This document shows positions 11,722-24,150 of a stretch of 64,000 nt of DNA, one piece after another. Where the stretch lies: contig MU004181.1 in the NCBI GenBank assembly GCA_010093605.1, positions 3,100,001 to 3,164,000 of the forward strand, written 5' to 3'. The stretch's first letter is position 1. Each line of letters starts with the position of its first letter. The notes beneath the pieces are model-generated. The model was not told the origin of the DNA. It saw only the letters and a program-made list of their open reading frames with translations, and did no database searches. The DNA comes from Lophium mytilinum. Its lineage: Eukaryota. Made by a program: the position numbers and the translations under genes.

Positions 11722-13518
11722 TGTTCGACTTGGTCTGAGCTGATAGAACCGAAGGCGATGAATGGTTTGGTTCTTAGTTGATGGAAGTTATGAGAGTCTT
11801 ATAGTGGTTGTATCTCGGTTCTGATCACGCTTCTAGCAGCCCCCAAGATAGAGAGATTTCAGTGTCGTACCAAGCACCGCCCGTGGAGAGTTGCACAGTG
11901 GGAGCTTGATCCATGATTCTCGGAACTAAAGCTACTGGACATGATGATCTCTGCCGACCGCAGCGTAGTTGGCAGCTGAGTCGCATTCTGCCGTTGATTT
12001 GAGATCACATTTGGGCTATATTTGTGAGATCGGATCTTAGGAATGCCTTCTTGGTAGCCCAGGGCAAGCAATGAGCTCGAATGCGGAGAATAGGCGAGAA
12101 GCGAGAATCCGAAAGGGGCATCGAGTACGATCACAAGGCGTATACAGGTGTTGGTGGCGGCGAATCGACTGGCACCTATTGCTTCGTCCTATTAGACCTC
12201 TGCAGCCTCCTCGTTAAGCCCTCCAACATGGTTAGCTCAACGTATTCCTGATTGGCCTGGTCGTTCAATCTTGGGAAAACCCCACCACTCTATTTAGGGG
12301 TAATTAAAACACCTCGTGTCATCTCTGGTGGATCATGCGGTGTTCTTCATTAAGTTGAAACGCACTCTAAAATTCAGAAGAGGTAATATCGCAAGGCTGC
12401 CGATCTGCAGGGGCAAATATGGTATTTCGAGTGAGACTGAGAGTTCTAACACGCGAGGCGACAAAGCATCCCCAATCTACTTAGTTTGGTGAAGAGATGA
12501 GTGAACTCAAGAACTTACCGAAGTCAAGAATTTACCGTGAGTAAGAGTCCGTCTTGACCTCTTTTAATCGCGTTGAAATTACGCGGGATTTCTATTTTGT
12601 AGTCCAGTGACCACCAGATGTAAAGGAAGACGGCCGTGGCAGGCAGAGCTGTTACAGGTCATACGTTCGAGGTGACAAAACGGCAACGGCTTGAAATCTG
12701 AGAGGAAATGATAGATATCTCGAGCTATACGTTTTTTGAGCTAAGAAAGACTAGATGAATGCGATCTACATTAATATGCTTATAGAAAAGGCGTGAAGTA
12801 GTAGGCGCTCCGTAGAACTACGGCTGCTATATGCAATATGATGACACTGGAGAAATAACTTGATAGTAAGAAAACCAAGTTATCCAACACCTATTGGCGG
12901 TTCAATGACGGGACGCAGTTTCGCGGTTACTCAATCGTAAGCCCTTACTCCAACGACATAGGAAAATTCGGACCCAGTGATGCGCGTCGAAGAGTGGCCG
13001 TTTCACACGGGTGGACGGAGCTCCTTTGTCCACGAGGGATGTCTCCTAGAATCCTGAGGTCCCCGCAGCTGGAATCTATCGGGCACCTAGGAGGTAGGAC
13101 CAAGGGCGAAGATGCAAGTCGGGAGCGTCACAATGTCGGATGAGAGTTGAGGCTCAAGGGATCGTCAGGGTCTAAGGTGCAGCAGAAGAGGCAGAGATAT
13201 GTATCTCGGTTCTCCCTATCACGGAGAGCCAGAAGCGGTAGCACTGCCGAGCTGCGAGGGTTGATGAACCGGGGCGTTGCAGATCTGGTGCGTCATGCAT
13301 CGCCAAATTTTCCAAGCTTTGGAGCAGTTCCCCGCCGGCGGTCCAAGCTTCCAAGCCAACTTTCGCTGTGTGCCAACCTCCACACCAACCTCTCCTCTTC
13401 ATTTCTTACTCTATCCCTATCGTATTCACTCAATCAATTGCCTCATACTTCTGTCCTAGATTGTCTCAGTCATTGTAAATCACTGCAGTTGCAGCTTGCG
13501 TGCAGCTCCGCCGTCAAG

Positions 13519-15560
13519 ATGGTTCAATGGGGAAAGCTCTTCAACATGGACCACGATACGCGTGTTGGCTTTCATGATGAGATACGCGCACGTCCGTGGC
13601 ACCTTTTCGATTATTGTCATTGTTTGCTTCTTCCATTTGAAGAACGCTCGCTCACGATTCCTCGTAGTACTCCCAACCCGCCGCGACGAAATACCTCCTT
13701 CTCCCATACCTTCTAAAGAAGTCACAAAGGTCGCGTTGCGTCTAAAATACCAAATAGAACAAGTCATACCCTGTGAGCTGGAGGAATGGAAGATCACCAA
13801 GGCCCACAGTTCTGTCATAACGCCCGCCGTGATCAAGGCCGCCAAGGACGCAGGAGGAGACGAATACAAAGGCTGTGTCGTCTACTGTCTGCTCGTGGTC
13901 AAGAAATGGTTCAGACGTCAGGCCATCCTAGAGCTCTGGGACTCAGACTTGCACGATGTCCGCGCTGTTGCCTGCGAGGTCATGGCGAAGGCCATCATAG
14001 AGGAAGAAGAGGACATGACCTATCTACTTGAGGAGGTCCTACTCAAGCGGTATTCTATCATGATCAACGGCAAGGACTCGCTACCTGCGAATGCCATTGA
14101 ACGAGCTGTCGATCTCCACGCCCTTCGGGTAATTGGATCTTCGGGCTATCAAAAGTGTATATCCTTCCTCTGGCGCGGTTGGCTAGTTCAAGACGACGAA
14201 GACCCTTCACGATTTGTCGACTATAAGGAGAAGACAAACACCAGCTACTGGGTACATTTTGATCCTGACAGGATGCGCGTTCCTGTGTATCAGAACACTG
14301 TTCAGATCGCTATGTCCCTCATCTTCCTGGGACTGTACACAGGAGCAGTCAACACGATAAACCCTACCGGTGACCTGGACGTCGTTGAAGGATTGCTCTA
14401 CCTCTTCACCCTGGGCTTCATGTGCGACGAGTTCGCGAAATTCTGGAAAATTGGTCGTTACTACATTGGATTCTGGAACATATTTAACAGCACGCTGTAC
14501 GGCTTGTTGACAGTATCTTTCGTCACGCGCATGATTGCCCTCTCGCATCCTACACACCACGAAAAGCGCAGGGAATTCAACGAACTATCGTACAACTTCT
14601 TAGCATTCTCTGCTCCTATGTTCTGGATGCGACTGTTACTCTACCTCGATACCTACCGCTTCTTTGGTGCCATGTTAGTCGTCTTGAAGGTAATGATGAA
14701 GGAGTCCCTGATCTTCTTCGCCCTTCTCCTCGTGGTCTTAATCGGATTCCTCCAAGCGTTCCTGGGGCTAGATCAGGTTGACCACGAGTTGGATGATACC
14801 GGCTTCATTGTCGAGGCTATGCTCAAAGCTATCATGCAGAGCCCGGAATTTGAGGGATTCGACAATTTCGCAGTACGTACATCCCAGCTCCTTGGACAAA
14901 TAATCAGCTGCTAACCATTGGTATTATTCAGCCACCTTTCGGTCTTATTCTTTACTACATCTTTACTTTCGTAGTCATGGTTGTTCTCCTGAACATCTTG
15001 ATTGCTCTGTACAACTCTGCATATGAGGACATTACGGAGAATGCCGTTGATGAGTACATGGCTCTAGTAAGTTTGCTCTGTGTTCGACGCTGTGCACACC
15101 CCTGACATACAATTAGTTCGCGCAAAAGACCATGCAATTCGTTCGTGCTCCCGACGAGAACGTATTCATCGCTCCCTTCAACCTCATCGAGATTTTCTTG
15201 CTCGTCATTCCCTTCGAATGGTGGATGCCCTACGAAACGTATCAAAGACTGAACAACTACGTCATGGGGTTCATCTACTCGCCCCTCTTACTTATCACCT
15301 CATTCCTTGAAACGAAGCAGGCACACGTTGTTAAGTACAACCGGAGGAGAGGGGAGGAGGACGATGACACCGTTGAAGAGTGGGAGCAGCTGAATGACGA
15401 GTGCGATTTCGAGGCCGATGGGTGGACTAAGAAAGTGGAAGACTCGAAGCCAAACGTGGAGACCGATGCTGCGATTTTGGAGCTGAGGAAATTGAGGAAG
15501 GATGTAGGCGAGCTGAAGGAGTTGATCGAGGGCCTCAAGGGATCAGTGAATGGATCGTAG
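13519..15560 (+). CDS. YVC1: Vacuolar TRP-family cation/calcium channel Yvc1
   Basis: ATG in CCGTCAAG context. Motifs KVALRLKYQIEQVIPCE, RMRVPVYQN, FGAMLVVLKVMMKES, RAPDENVFIAPFNL. Three introns (first donor GTCCGT). Confidence 0.95.
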
Positions 15561-16065
15561 GACCACCAATTCTATACTCGGACCCTCGACATAAAATTCT
15601 CTGGCACGTCATGTACGTGTGGCTTGTGTAAATTGTCCGGTTGGGTAGGGATAGATCGGTGGCTCAATTTGGGTGGCCAGCGATCGTTTGTCTCGTTTAG
15701 GTCTGTAAATCGTGTCTGTCGTAACCTCTAATCACTATTCATAATCGAGCCATGCCCGCCTTCTTATTATTCGTACCGAGCCCTTATAAAAATGCCTTCA
15801 GGTGATGATGTTTTCAGATTTCCTGCATTCAATCACTCCAGATCTGCTACGGAAAGATACATCAGTAATCTGTGTGAGTTCCAGCTTGATTACTTAAATT
15901 GATCTCTTGAAGATTGATTGAAGATGCTGTTGGTCGTAAGATGTTGAGCTGTCACGTGACTAGATTTCTTGCAACTGGCCTCACTGGTACACTAGACGGA
16001 TTTCAGAGACGAATTGCACGGCCGTAGGAGGGAATTCGCCACGCAAATCGGTGTGATGAGGCTTG

Positions 16066-16566
16066 AGCTACTGCAGGCCCCTGGCTAGCTCGGTATTCAC
16101 AACTTTTCACAAAATGCCCGCTAGTAAGGGGGTCCCTAGTTAGCGGCATACCTAGCGTAAGACCTAAATGCCCGGAGACCTTAGATAAGGTCTCTTCTCG
16201 AGGCAGCTTGTGCAGGCCGTATGCGGTAACGCGCTGCCAAAATAAGGCTGCTAGCTCTATCACGCCTGCCAATCTGTAGATCTTTGCGGGAGCTTCCGAA
16301 CTTCCTCATATTTAGATTGCTTGCCACGTGACCATCTGGGCAGGTCTGCCCCTATGGGGGCCTAAGAAAGGAGTATAGCTAGAGGATTACTTAGTAGAAA
16401 TGTTGTCTATATTATTGGAGGCTATATACTATGCTATTAGAGGTTCCTAAGAGGCTGTAAGCTAATTGCACGTGATTTTAGCATCTTAAAGCCTTACAGC
16501 CTGAACTTGAGGTCCAATTGTTATGAATATCGAGCGTCAGTGGCGGCCAGGGTCCGCTAGGGTAGC
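16066..16566. mobile_element. Degenerate inverted-repeat (MITE-like) remnant with RIP-like TpA-rich interior
   Basis: GCTCGGTATTCACAAC (16088-16103) matches the reverse complement of 16520-16535 at 14/16, both mismatches transitions. A second outer block (16076-16085 vs 16546-16555) also pairs. Ends are approximate. Confidence 0.45.
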
Positions 16567-16785
16567 CCCTGTGCCAGAATATTAGTGTCGCCACCAAAAT
16601 CGGCACACCTCATGCCCCTCTGAGCCTAGGTAAACGCCATGCAGATACTAGCGTGATTCCGTTGAAATCCGTCTACTGGCCACCTCGCTCCTCACTTTGG
16701 AACCGGCTCCAGGCAGCACGATTCCACCACTTTCCACGACATTCCATACACTAATCACTAGCGCCTTGGCTTCATTTCGCCCACG

Positions 16786-16793
16786 TATATAAA
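16786..16793 (+). promoter_or_regulatory. TATA box of the U1 snRNA gene
   Basis: TATATAAA starting 39 nt upstream of the U1 5' end, followed by a pyrimidine tract. Confidence 0.75.
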
Positions 16794-16824
16794 CCCCCTC
16801 CCCCTCTGCACCTTTCTCTTTCTC

Positions 16825-16972
16825 ATACTTACCTTGTTGGGGTGGCCGAGCTCATGAATCCGGTCCACCTGGCAGACTGTCCTGCATTGCACAACGCGGC
16901 GACGGCTGTTATGAATCTCCTTCGGGGGCTTCACCGGCGTAATTTTTGCTGGTCCGCTATCTGCCTTATGGC
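16825..16972 (+). ncRNA. U1: U1 spliceosomal snRNA
   Basis: 5' ATACTTACCT (splice-donor-pairing end); stem-loop I (GGTGG-CCG...CGG-T-CCACC); U1A-binding ATTGCAC at 16886-16892; TTCG-capped stem-loop III; Sm site AATTTTTG at 16941-16948; short 3' hairpin GCCTTATGGC. The 3' end is approximate. Confidence 0.92.
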
Positions 16973-17714
16973 TTTTCATTGATTTACTCGCCTTGTGCGG
17001 GTGGTTGAAGAAGAGTTTTCCGCTTTCTGTGCGGGATGAGGGCTCGCATCACGATGCCTTTCAGGTCTATTGCTGTCAGGTCAGGTCTGGCATCATCACT
17101 TGCGACTGCGCGCTGGGTCGGGTCTCCCATGCCAAATGGAAGAGATCACTTTCATATCCACAATGGTTTTGAGGAAGTTTACGTGGCATCGACGTCTCAT
17201 ACCTAGGCCCTCTTTCTCAGGCCTGTCATCCACTCATATTGAGGCGACAAGACGCCTTCGAAGCGCGGGCACCTATTCGCGACTCGACTTAGACTCCACT
17301 ATGTCCTTGGATTCCCTCGATCTGCGCAACAACGATGCTTACATCGCCTCCTCATTGCCCTCACCAGCCAGGCGTCCACACCACGATCGAGCCTCACATC
17401 GATATCGACAACGCCCTTAACCCGAACCGAACAAATTCGTCGACAACCAATGTTGATCCCTTCAACAAGCCCAGGGGGTCACCTCAAAGCTATCCAGTTG
17501 AGCCTATAAGGAACGACACGTTCACACTTCAAAGGTCAGGAGGAGATTCTGGGGGCTGTGCGTGCTGGGTATCAAGTTATCCTCTTACATCAGTGCATCG
17601 TAGCTATAAGTTCTCCAATTATCGCAGAGGATCGAGCTCCCAGTGAAGTAAGCCGATGGCTTGCCACAGTAATTTCGAGGGGCGCATAGTTGTTTACGCT
17701 AACCTGTAATCTAT

Positions 17715-19393
17715 TCACGAATCTAACACTCGTAGCATATCTTCCACGCTTGTGAACTTCTCCCTCTCCTTGCCCAGCTTTGCACCCTTTTCCTTTTCCA
17801 CCTTATCGATCCTCTTCCAGTCTTTCCAGGAGACAGGCCTCAGACCTTTGTTGCCGATTTCGCGTTTCAGTCCTTCCCACCCGAGACCTGAACTTCCTCC
17901 GGCTTCTGAGTTCAGAAACGACGCCTGCTGCTCCCAATCGAGACTGATCACGTCGGCAGAGGTGAAGGCGTCATCCATCGTACTAGCAATTACTCCAGTA
18001 GGCCCTCGCTTGACCCATCCAGCGCAATACATTCCCGGAACATGGCCTGCCGTGAGGGCTCCTGGCCCAATCTGCGGGTTGATGACTCGGCCATAGGCAT
18101 CGTTAGGAATGATACCCATACTATCATCGAAGGGGACCCCCAGAGCCTCAAGACCGGGGAGCGCCTCCGATTTGTAGCCCACAGATCGAAACGCCAAAGA
18201 TGCGGGCACTGTGAGCGTGCTTCCCGTGGAGTTGACTTTGGCACTACGATCAAAGTGATCGAAGTCTGAAGCAAACTGTGTCTCCTCGAAGTCCATACTT
18301 GAGAGGTTATTTGTATCGCTAGGACATGCATTGAAACTCCTTGGGGACATCAAGAATGAGAGCTCCCATGATTTCGCGGATGAGGAAGGTGGAGACGAAG
18401 AGCCTTTGACGAGAACTTGCGCAATTCGCTTCTGAACCCGCGGGAGCTTGGTAATATCAGGTGGAAATAGCGACGAGTCGATTGGCCAGAAAGATACAGA
18501 AGGTAGATTCATAAGTTCTCTGACCTCTTTGATAGTGAACGCCGCCTGGGTTGAACGGATTAGCAAAGCGTTGTCGCATAACGAAAACCTTCATACCTGC
18601 ATAGGGCCCCTCCGTCCAACTACTTTTACTGACTTCACCCTGCTTCGTGATAGCGTCTCCAAGGCCTGTTCCGTTATATCTGTCTTGCGGAGTGCATCAA
18701 CTCCACTTAGTAGTATTCGAGCCACGTCCAATGCCACATTCCCCTGCCCAATGACTACAGCTTGCTCTCCAGCATCGAGTTGCGGGGCAACATGCGCATA
18801 CTCCGGCAATCCATTATACCACCCCACAAACGCACGTGCCGAGTATACGCCTTGTAGATCTTCCCCAGGTATACCGAGCTTCTTGTCTTTGGACGCACCG
18901 TAAGCGAAGAGGATGGCATCGTAATGAGGCATGAGGGACGCGAGCGGGATGTCGTGGCCGATATTTACGTTTCCAATGAAGTTGAAACGAGGCGATGACG
19001 CGACTTCCTCGAACTTGTCCTGGCAATTCTGTGTATCGCATGAGTATGGTAGGTTGTAGGACGTTGAATTTCTTCGCGTACCTTCACTTCGGGATGATCG
19101 GGGGCAACCCCGAATCGCACCAGTCCATAAGGCACTGGAAGATGCTCATACATATCAACCGTAGCATTCTGGAGCTTCTGCATCACCCGATATGCAGAGT
19201 AGAAGCCGGCAGGGCCGGAGCCGATGATGGCGAGTCTGAACGGCTTCGGCGAGATTGATGCATTGCTGTAGCTGCGGAATGCCTGTTGGGTTACTTTCGA
19301 GGTGTTACGGAGACGTAGTCGGTTCGCCGCATTGATTGAAAGCTTGTGTGTGCAACTGGGGCATATATACGGTGTTCTGCGGAAGATATGCAT
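17715..19393 (-). CDS. ARH1: Mitochondrial NADPH:adrenodoxin (ferredoxin) oxidoreductase
   Basis: IIGSGPAGFY, GLVRFGVAPDHPEVKN, VIGQGNVALDVARIL, GWVKRGPTGVIASTM; basic N-terminal presequence; two introns. Confidence 0.95.
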
Positions 19394-19839
19394 GTTTGAG
19401 ACGAAAGTAGAGGCTGGGAGATTTTGGGGTGACGTTGGAAAACCTCCATCTTTGCGCCAATCAGAACATTCTTTGAAAACTGCAGCTATTAACACCACTC
19501 AACTACCTATCTATATCTGTCACGAAGAGTTCGACTCTTGACTTGAGACCGAAGTAAGTACTTTGTCACTTGTCTTCTTTTCCACCTCATCTCGCACGTC
19601 ATGCATCCCGTTTCACACGCGGCGGCAAGCCTTCGCTCAGCACAGACTAAAAGACGTTGCTATGGAGACGCATTGATTACCTCCGCTCAACATCCCACCA
19701 TGCACCCACACCCTCAGGCATTCCTTCAGTAGCCGAAGCTCACACTCGTTGGACGCTTTGCATTCCTCGCTCTTCTCTCCACGAGCTGCCAAGTCACATT
19801 CTTTTTGCTCTCACTCCCAAGCAGACACGGCAGAGAAAC

Positions 19840-22049
19840 ATGGGCCGCGGGCAGCCCTATCAGTACGGTGCGCCGAAGTCCATCGCCGACGATCCTTTCT
19901 TGTACAATGGCTTCAATCCCAAAGCCGTGACAATGGCAAGTCGCCAGCCTCCACCGCCTCCCAGGCCGAAGCAGGAGGGCCCTCTGATCAACTTCAATCG
20001 CCATCCTGATAGCTACCTGATTCTCCCATACGGCAAGACCGACGCCAAACCGATGAGCCTTAAGACAAAGACAATCATAAAATGGACACGCTGGGTACAG
20101 CTACTGTTGAGAATCTTGCAATTGATTGCCGCAATTGGGATCTTGGTCTGTGTGATTGCCATCCGCGGCACGCAACCGACTGAAGGATGGGTGATTCGGA
20201 TACCGGTATACCACTACACTCTAGTCGTCTGGAGGAAGCAATTGCTCACAACTCTTTAGGCTGGGATTGATATTGCAACCGCGTTGTATGCAATCTACCA
20301 CCTCGTGCGCAGCGCGAAACACCGCACACCAGGAACCTCTGCAAGCTATCACTTCTTTGCTTTGGTAACGACCGTTCATCTCCACACAGAAGCAAGAATG
20401 CTAACCTTTAGTAGATCATAGATGCCGGCCTTATCCCGTTCTACGTATTCACAGCATTACTGTCTAATCGTAATTATCATGAAGCACCGGGGACGTCTGG
20501 CCGATGGAGGACTCTATTCCCTACGGACGACGATGCCGACAAGATCCTCCAAACAACCTGGCTCACCGCGACCGCCATTGGTGGAATGCATTGTTTCTCT
20601 CTAGTCCTAGATCTCTACCTTGTGGTCATATTCCGCAAGATCACTCATCTTCCACCAGACATGAACCCGCTTGAGGACAACCTCACATCTCGGCGCAAGA
20701 CTAAGCACAAGGCGAAGAATTCCTCAATCTCGGCCATGGTACCCTTGACAGCTGATGAGAAGAGAATGAGCGCTCAAAGTAACAGTACTACTTCGCTTTC
20801 GAACCGAGGATCGCAAGCAGACCCGTTGATTCCTATGCCGGATGTCAGCAAGGTGCCATTCTTCCATACAAGAGCAAATTCCGATGTCAGCTACTCGCCG
20901 CATAATCCGACAACAGCTCGTCTGTCGCGTACAGATCTTGCGAACTCGATATATCAGCAACCAGCATCCGTTAGAAATTCTCGTGCCGATCTCCATAGGC
21001 GCGATGACCTCCATCGTAGGGATGATAGCGATGGCGAGACGTTGGCTCAACGCAAATCCTTCCTCGCAGCGCAATCTATCCAGCGTTCACGCCCGAACTC
21101 CTTTGTGTCTGCCCCAGGTGATGAAAAGAGCGCTAGCAACCTCAAAACGGGCACGTCTCAGCGCATTAGCCGGGAGAGCCTTCAATCCGATAACTGGTTT
21201 GTCCACGCTTCTGAGGACGACGATCCGTACACCACTGCTCCGTCCACCAACTCCCGCTCCCACTCTCCGACGAAGAGCAAGTCTGGACCCAGAGCTAGAT
21301 ACAACCCTCTTTCCGGCGACATCTCAGACGACGACAGCGACATCATGGTCCCCCAACCCCTCCGAATGAACCCACCCACTCCCCCTCCCGCAGCCGCCAA
21401 CAACTTCAAATCCTCCCCATCCAACTCCTCCTATCCCTCGCGCCCAGCCACCGGCGCAAGCACAGGCACAAACGGCTACAACAACCCCTACAACCCGCCC
21501 GTGCTCAACACAAACACCGCTCCTCAACTCGCCCGCACGACCACCGTCACCTCGATCAGCACAGACTCGACCTTCATGCGCTCGCCCACCAACCGCCCTC
21601 TGACGCCCTCCAAGAGCCGCTACTACGGCGACCTCAAAGCCGCGAGCCAGGGCATCCGCAACTCGCCCGGCAACACGAGCCCGACGCGCGGCTCGCCGGC
21701 CGCCAGCCCGTCCAAGTACGCGCCGCACAACGCGTATCCGTCGCAGGCGAAGGCGTACACGACCAACGCGTCGCCGACGAAGGTCAAGGGGCATTCGTTC
21801 GCGAGCATCAGACGTACCGGCGAGGCGGGGTATACGCCTGTGACTGCGCAGTCGCCGCGGGTTGTCAGCCGCTCGGGAGTGGATTACGGGTTCGATGGGT
21901 ACGAGGATGGCGATCTGGGGAGTGGACGGAGGCGGGATGTTAGTGGCAAGGTTGCTGAGGAGGGTAGGGGCGGGGTGGGGAATGGTGGGAGGTGGAAGGG
22001 GATGGGGATGGGTGGGCTCAGCTATAGGAAGGTGAGCGGGGTTGCTTAG
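19840..22049 (+). CDS. Conserved fungal membrane protein (about four N-terminal TM helices, MARVEL-like; long Ser/Pro-rich disordered tail)
   Basis: ATG 19840, introns at about 20206-20259 and 20365-20413; motifs GPLINFNRHPDSY and LPPDMNPLEDNLTSR; tail ends RDVSGKVAEEGRG...RKVSGVA. Confidence 0.8.
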
Positions 22050-22546
22050 GTGATTTTGGGGATGGTGTATACATAAATTTGAGCGGATGGTGCTGTGGAT
22101 GGCGTTTTTGGGTTTCTTGGGTTTAATGGTTCTACAGGCTTTGTGTCTACTGCGTGGAGTGGAGTCGGATTGATACACATGGGATATGTTTGGTTCTGAA
22201 AAGGGGCATGCGGCTTGGATGTATAAATGGGCGGATGGGAGTGGACGGGGTTCAGGAAAGGTTCTGGATACGTCTAATGCAATGAGAAATACATCTCTGG
22301 AATGCGTTATTCGACATCATGCTATACTCGAAGAACTCGTTTGATGTGTCTCTGCTTGTCGGAGATGTCTAGACCACGACGGAGTTTGTCTAGAATCAGA
22401 AAAAAGGTTCTCTTTCACAAGAAGCCTTTGCCTATATATACCAGAGCTGCAATTTACTAGCATGCCTTGTTCCTTTCATCGCCAACTCACACTCGGAGCA
22501 CTATCCAGCAGCAAAAGGTTGGCCAGTCTGATTCTTCAGTATGTCT

Positions 22547-23555
22547 TCAAGCATCGGCGTCATCTTTCCACCAAATGTGTTTCATCAACTCAGGATTTTT
22601 CTTCTGAAAAAAGTCCACGATGTCGCGCTGGACCCCTTTAATTTGCAACTTCTTCGCAAGCGAAAAGACGCGGACAAGATCTCTAGGCGTAGACTCATGG
22701 AACACGCCGTGTGCATCCATTGTCTGAAGCCGACCGGTATACAAGGCATGAATGAGGATCTCCACTTCTGGCCGGGCAGTGCCCTCGGGCAGTTCGAATC
22801 GGTCCATGGCGGCATATGCAGCGCTCTCGGGTTGTCCGTCACCGGTGATGTGCTTAAGAAGTCGCTTTTCGATGGCCGCTGCCACTCCATCAACGACGTA
22901 GTTGAGCGTAGCAAGCTCGTTGTTGGCCTCGAGGTCCCACAGGATATTCTTTCCCTTGGGTGGCTTCCAGTCCCAGTTCCTGTTGGCAAGATCGCTGAAG
23001 ACCTGCTCCTTCAGTGAACCGAGGTCCGCCAGAGTGCCCTTGATTTCATCGGCGGCTTGCCCGAACACGTTCTCTGCCAGGTTGCAGATGACCTGAAGGA
23101 GGTTAATGATGGTCTCTTGAAGGGATACTGGGAAGGGTGGACAGGCGCCACTGATAGCGGCAATGGGGTGTCACTCACTCCACAATTGGGATGGCCGTCC
23201 TGACAAGACCACCCACCGGGACTAGCGTTCACGGCCTTGGGCATCGACTTCACGTCCCTGAGCTTTTCCTTGAGTGTCGCCTCGATCTTGGAATGCAGTA
23301 ATGCGAGCTTCAAGTGCTCTGCAATGACGGGGGATTTGCTTGCTAGCAACTCCTTATGAACGGGGAAGGTCATATAAGGTCCGGCCTGGAGGGTGATAAC
23401 GGTTTGGTAAAGATATGGGGGTCTTTAGAGATATCAGATCAGCTTTTTGGACTTCGAGTCTCAACGGGATATCAGCCCACAAACCTGTCATTTGTCGTCG
23501 ATGACAGGTATTCGCAGTTCGTAGCAGCGTCTTCCGCGGGTGCCTGGCGATCCAT
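22547..23555 (-). CDS. BTB/POZ-like domain protein
   Basis: Three exons joining in phase (first intron ends in AAG). BTB-like blocks: VITLQAG..TFPVHKELLASKSPV, FELPE...EILIHALYTG, and LVRVFSLAKKLQI..VQRDIVD. Confidence 0.72.
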
Positions 23556-24150
23556 GGTCGCCACTTCGTCGACTGAAGGGTTTCCTGTGGCGCTAGTAGA
23601 CCTTGAAGAATAAGAAGGATGTAACGGAAGAGAACAAGCTTATATAACACAAATAGAGGACGCAGGCTCTGGTAAAAGGCGCCTGGTTGAGTCTATGAAG
23701 TGGGATACAGGTGAGGTCGAAGTCGTCCAGATTTGATTGGTCTTGGTAGCTAATCAGTCGCACAAGGAAGGTGCTGGTACGCTGCCGGTGGAAAGCAATC
23801 GGGATCGCGACATTAATGCCAACTAGCTTCACGCATTAAATAATGGAAAAGAAGATGAACAATATCAAAAGAGCTCTTTGATAATGCAGAAATCTACGTC
23901 TATCACGCCGAGAGCACAATATTTTAAAAGAAAGAAGAGACAATAGAACATGAGAGCCATAAGCCATGACATGACATAAGACCACCCGGACGCCTTCCCA
24001 ACCCTGCTGGATGCTACATTAAACAATCGTAGGCCAGCATCTAGCCACCCCTCCCATCATTAGGCTTTTGTGTCTTCATCTGCTAGGATTTCCAACAGGA
24101 AGAAATCGGGTATGCAAGCACATCTTCAATCATTTCCATGCAGATAGCAT

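Noticed and set aside
17070..17646. Overlapping plus-strand ORFs downstream of U1
   Set aside because: No recognisable motif or consistent exon chain, and the nearby TATA box is explained by U1.
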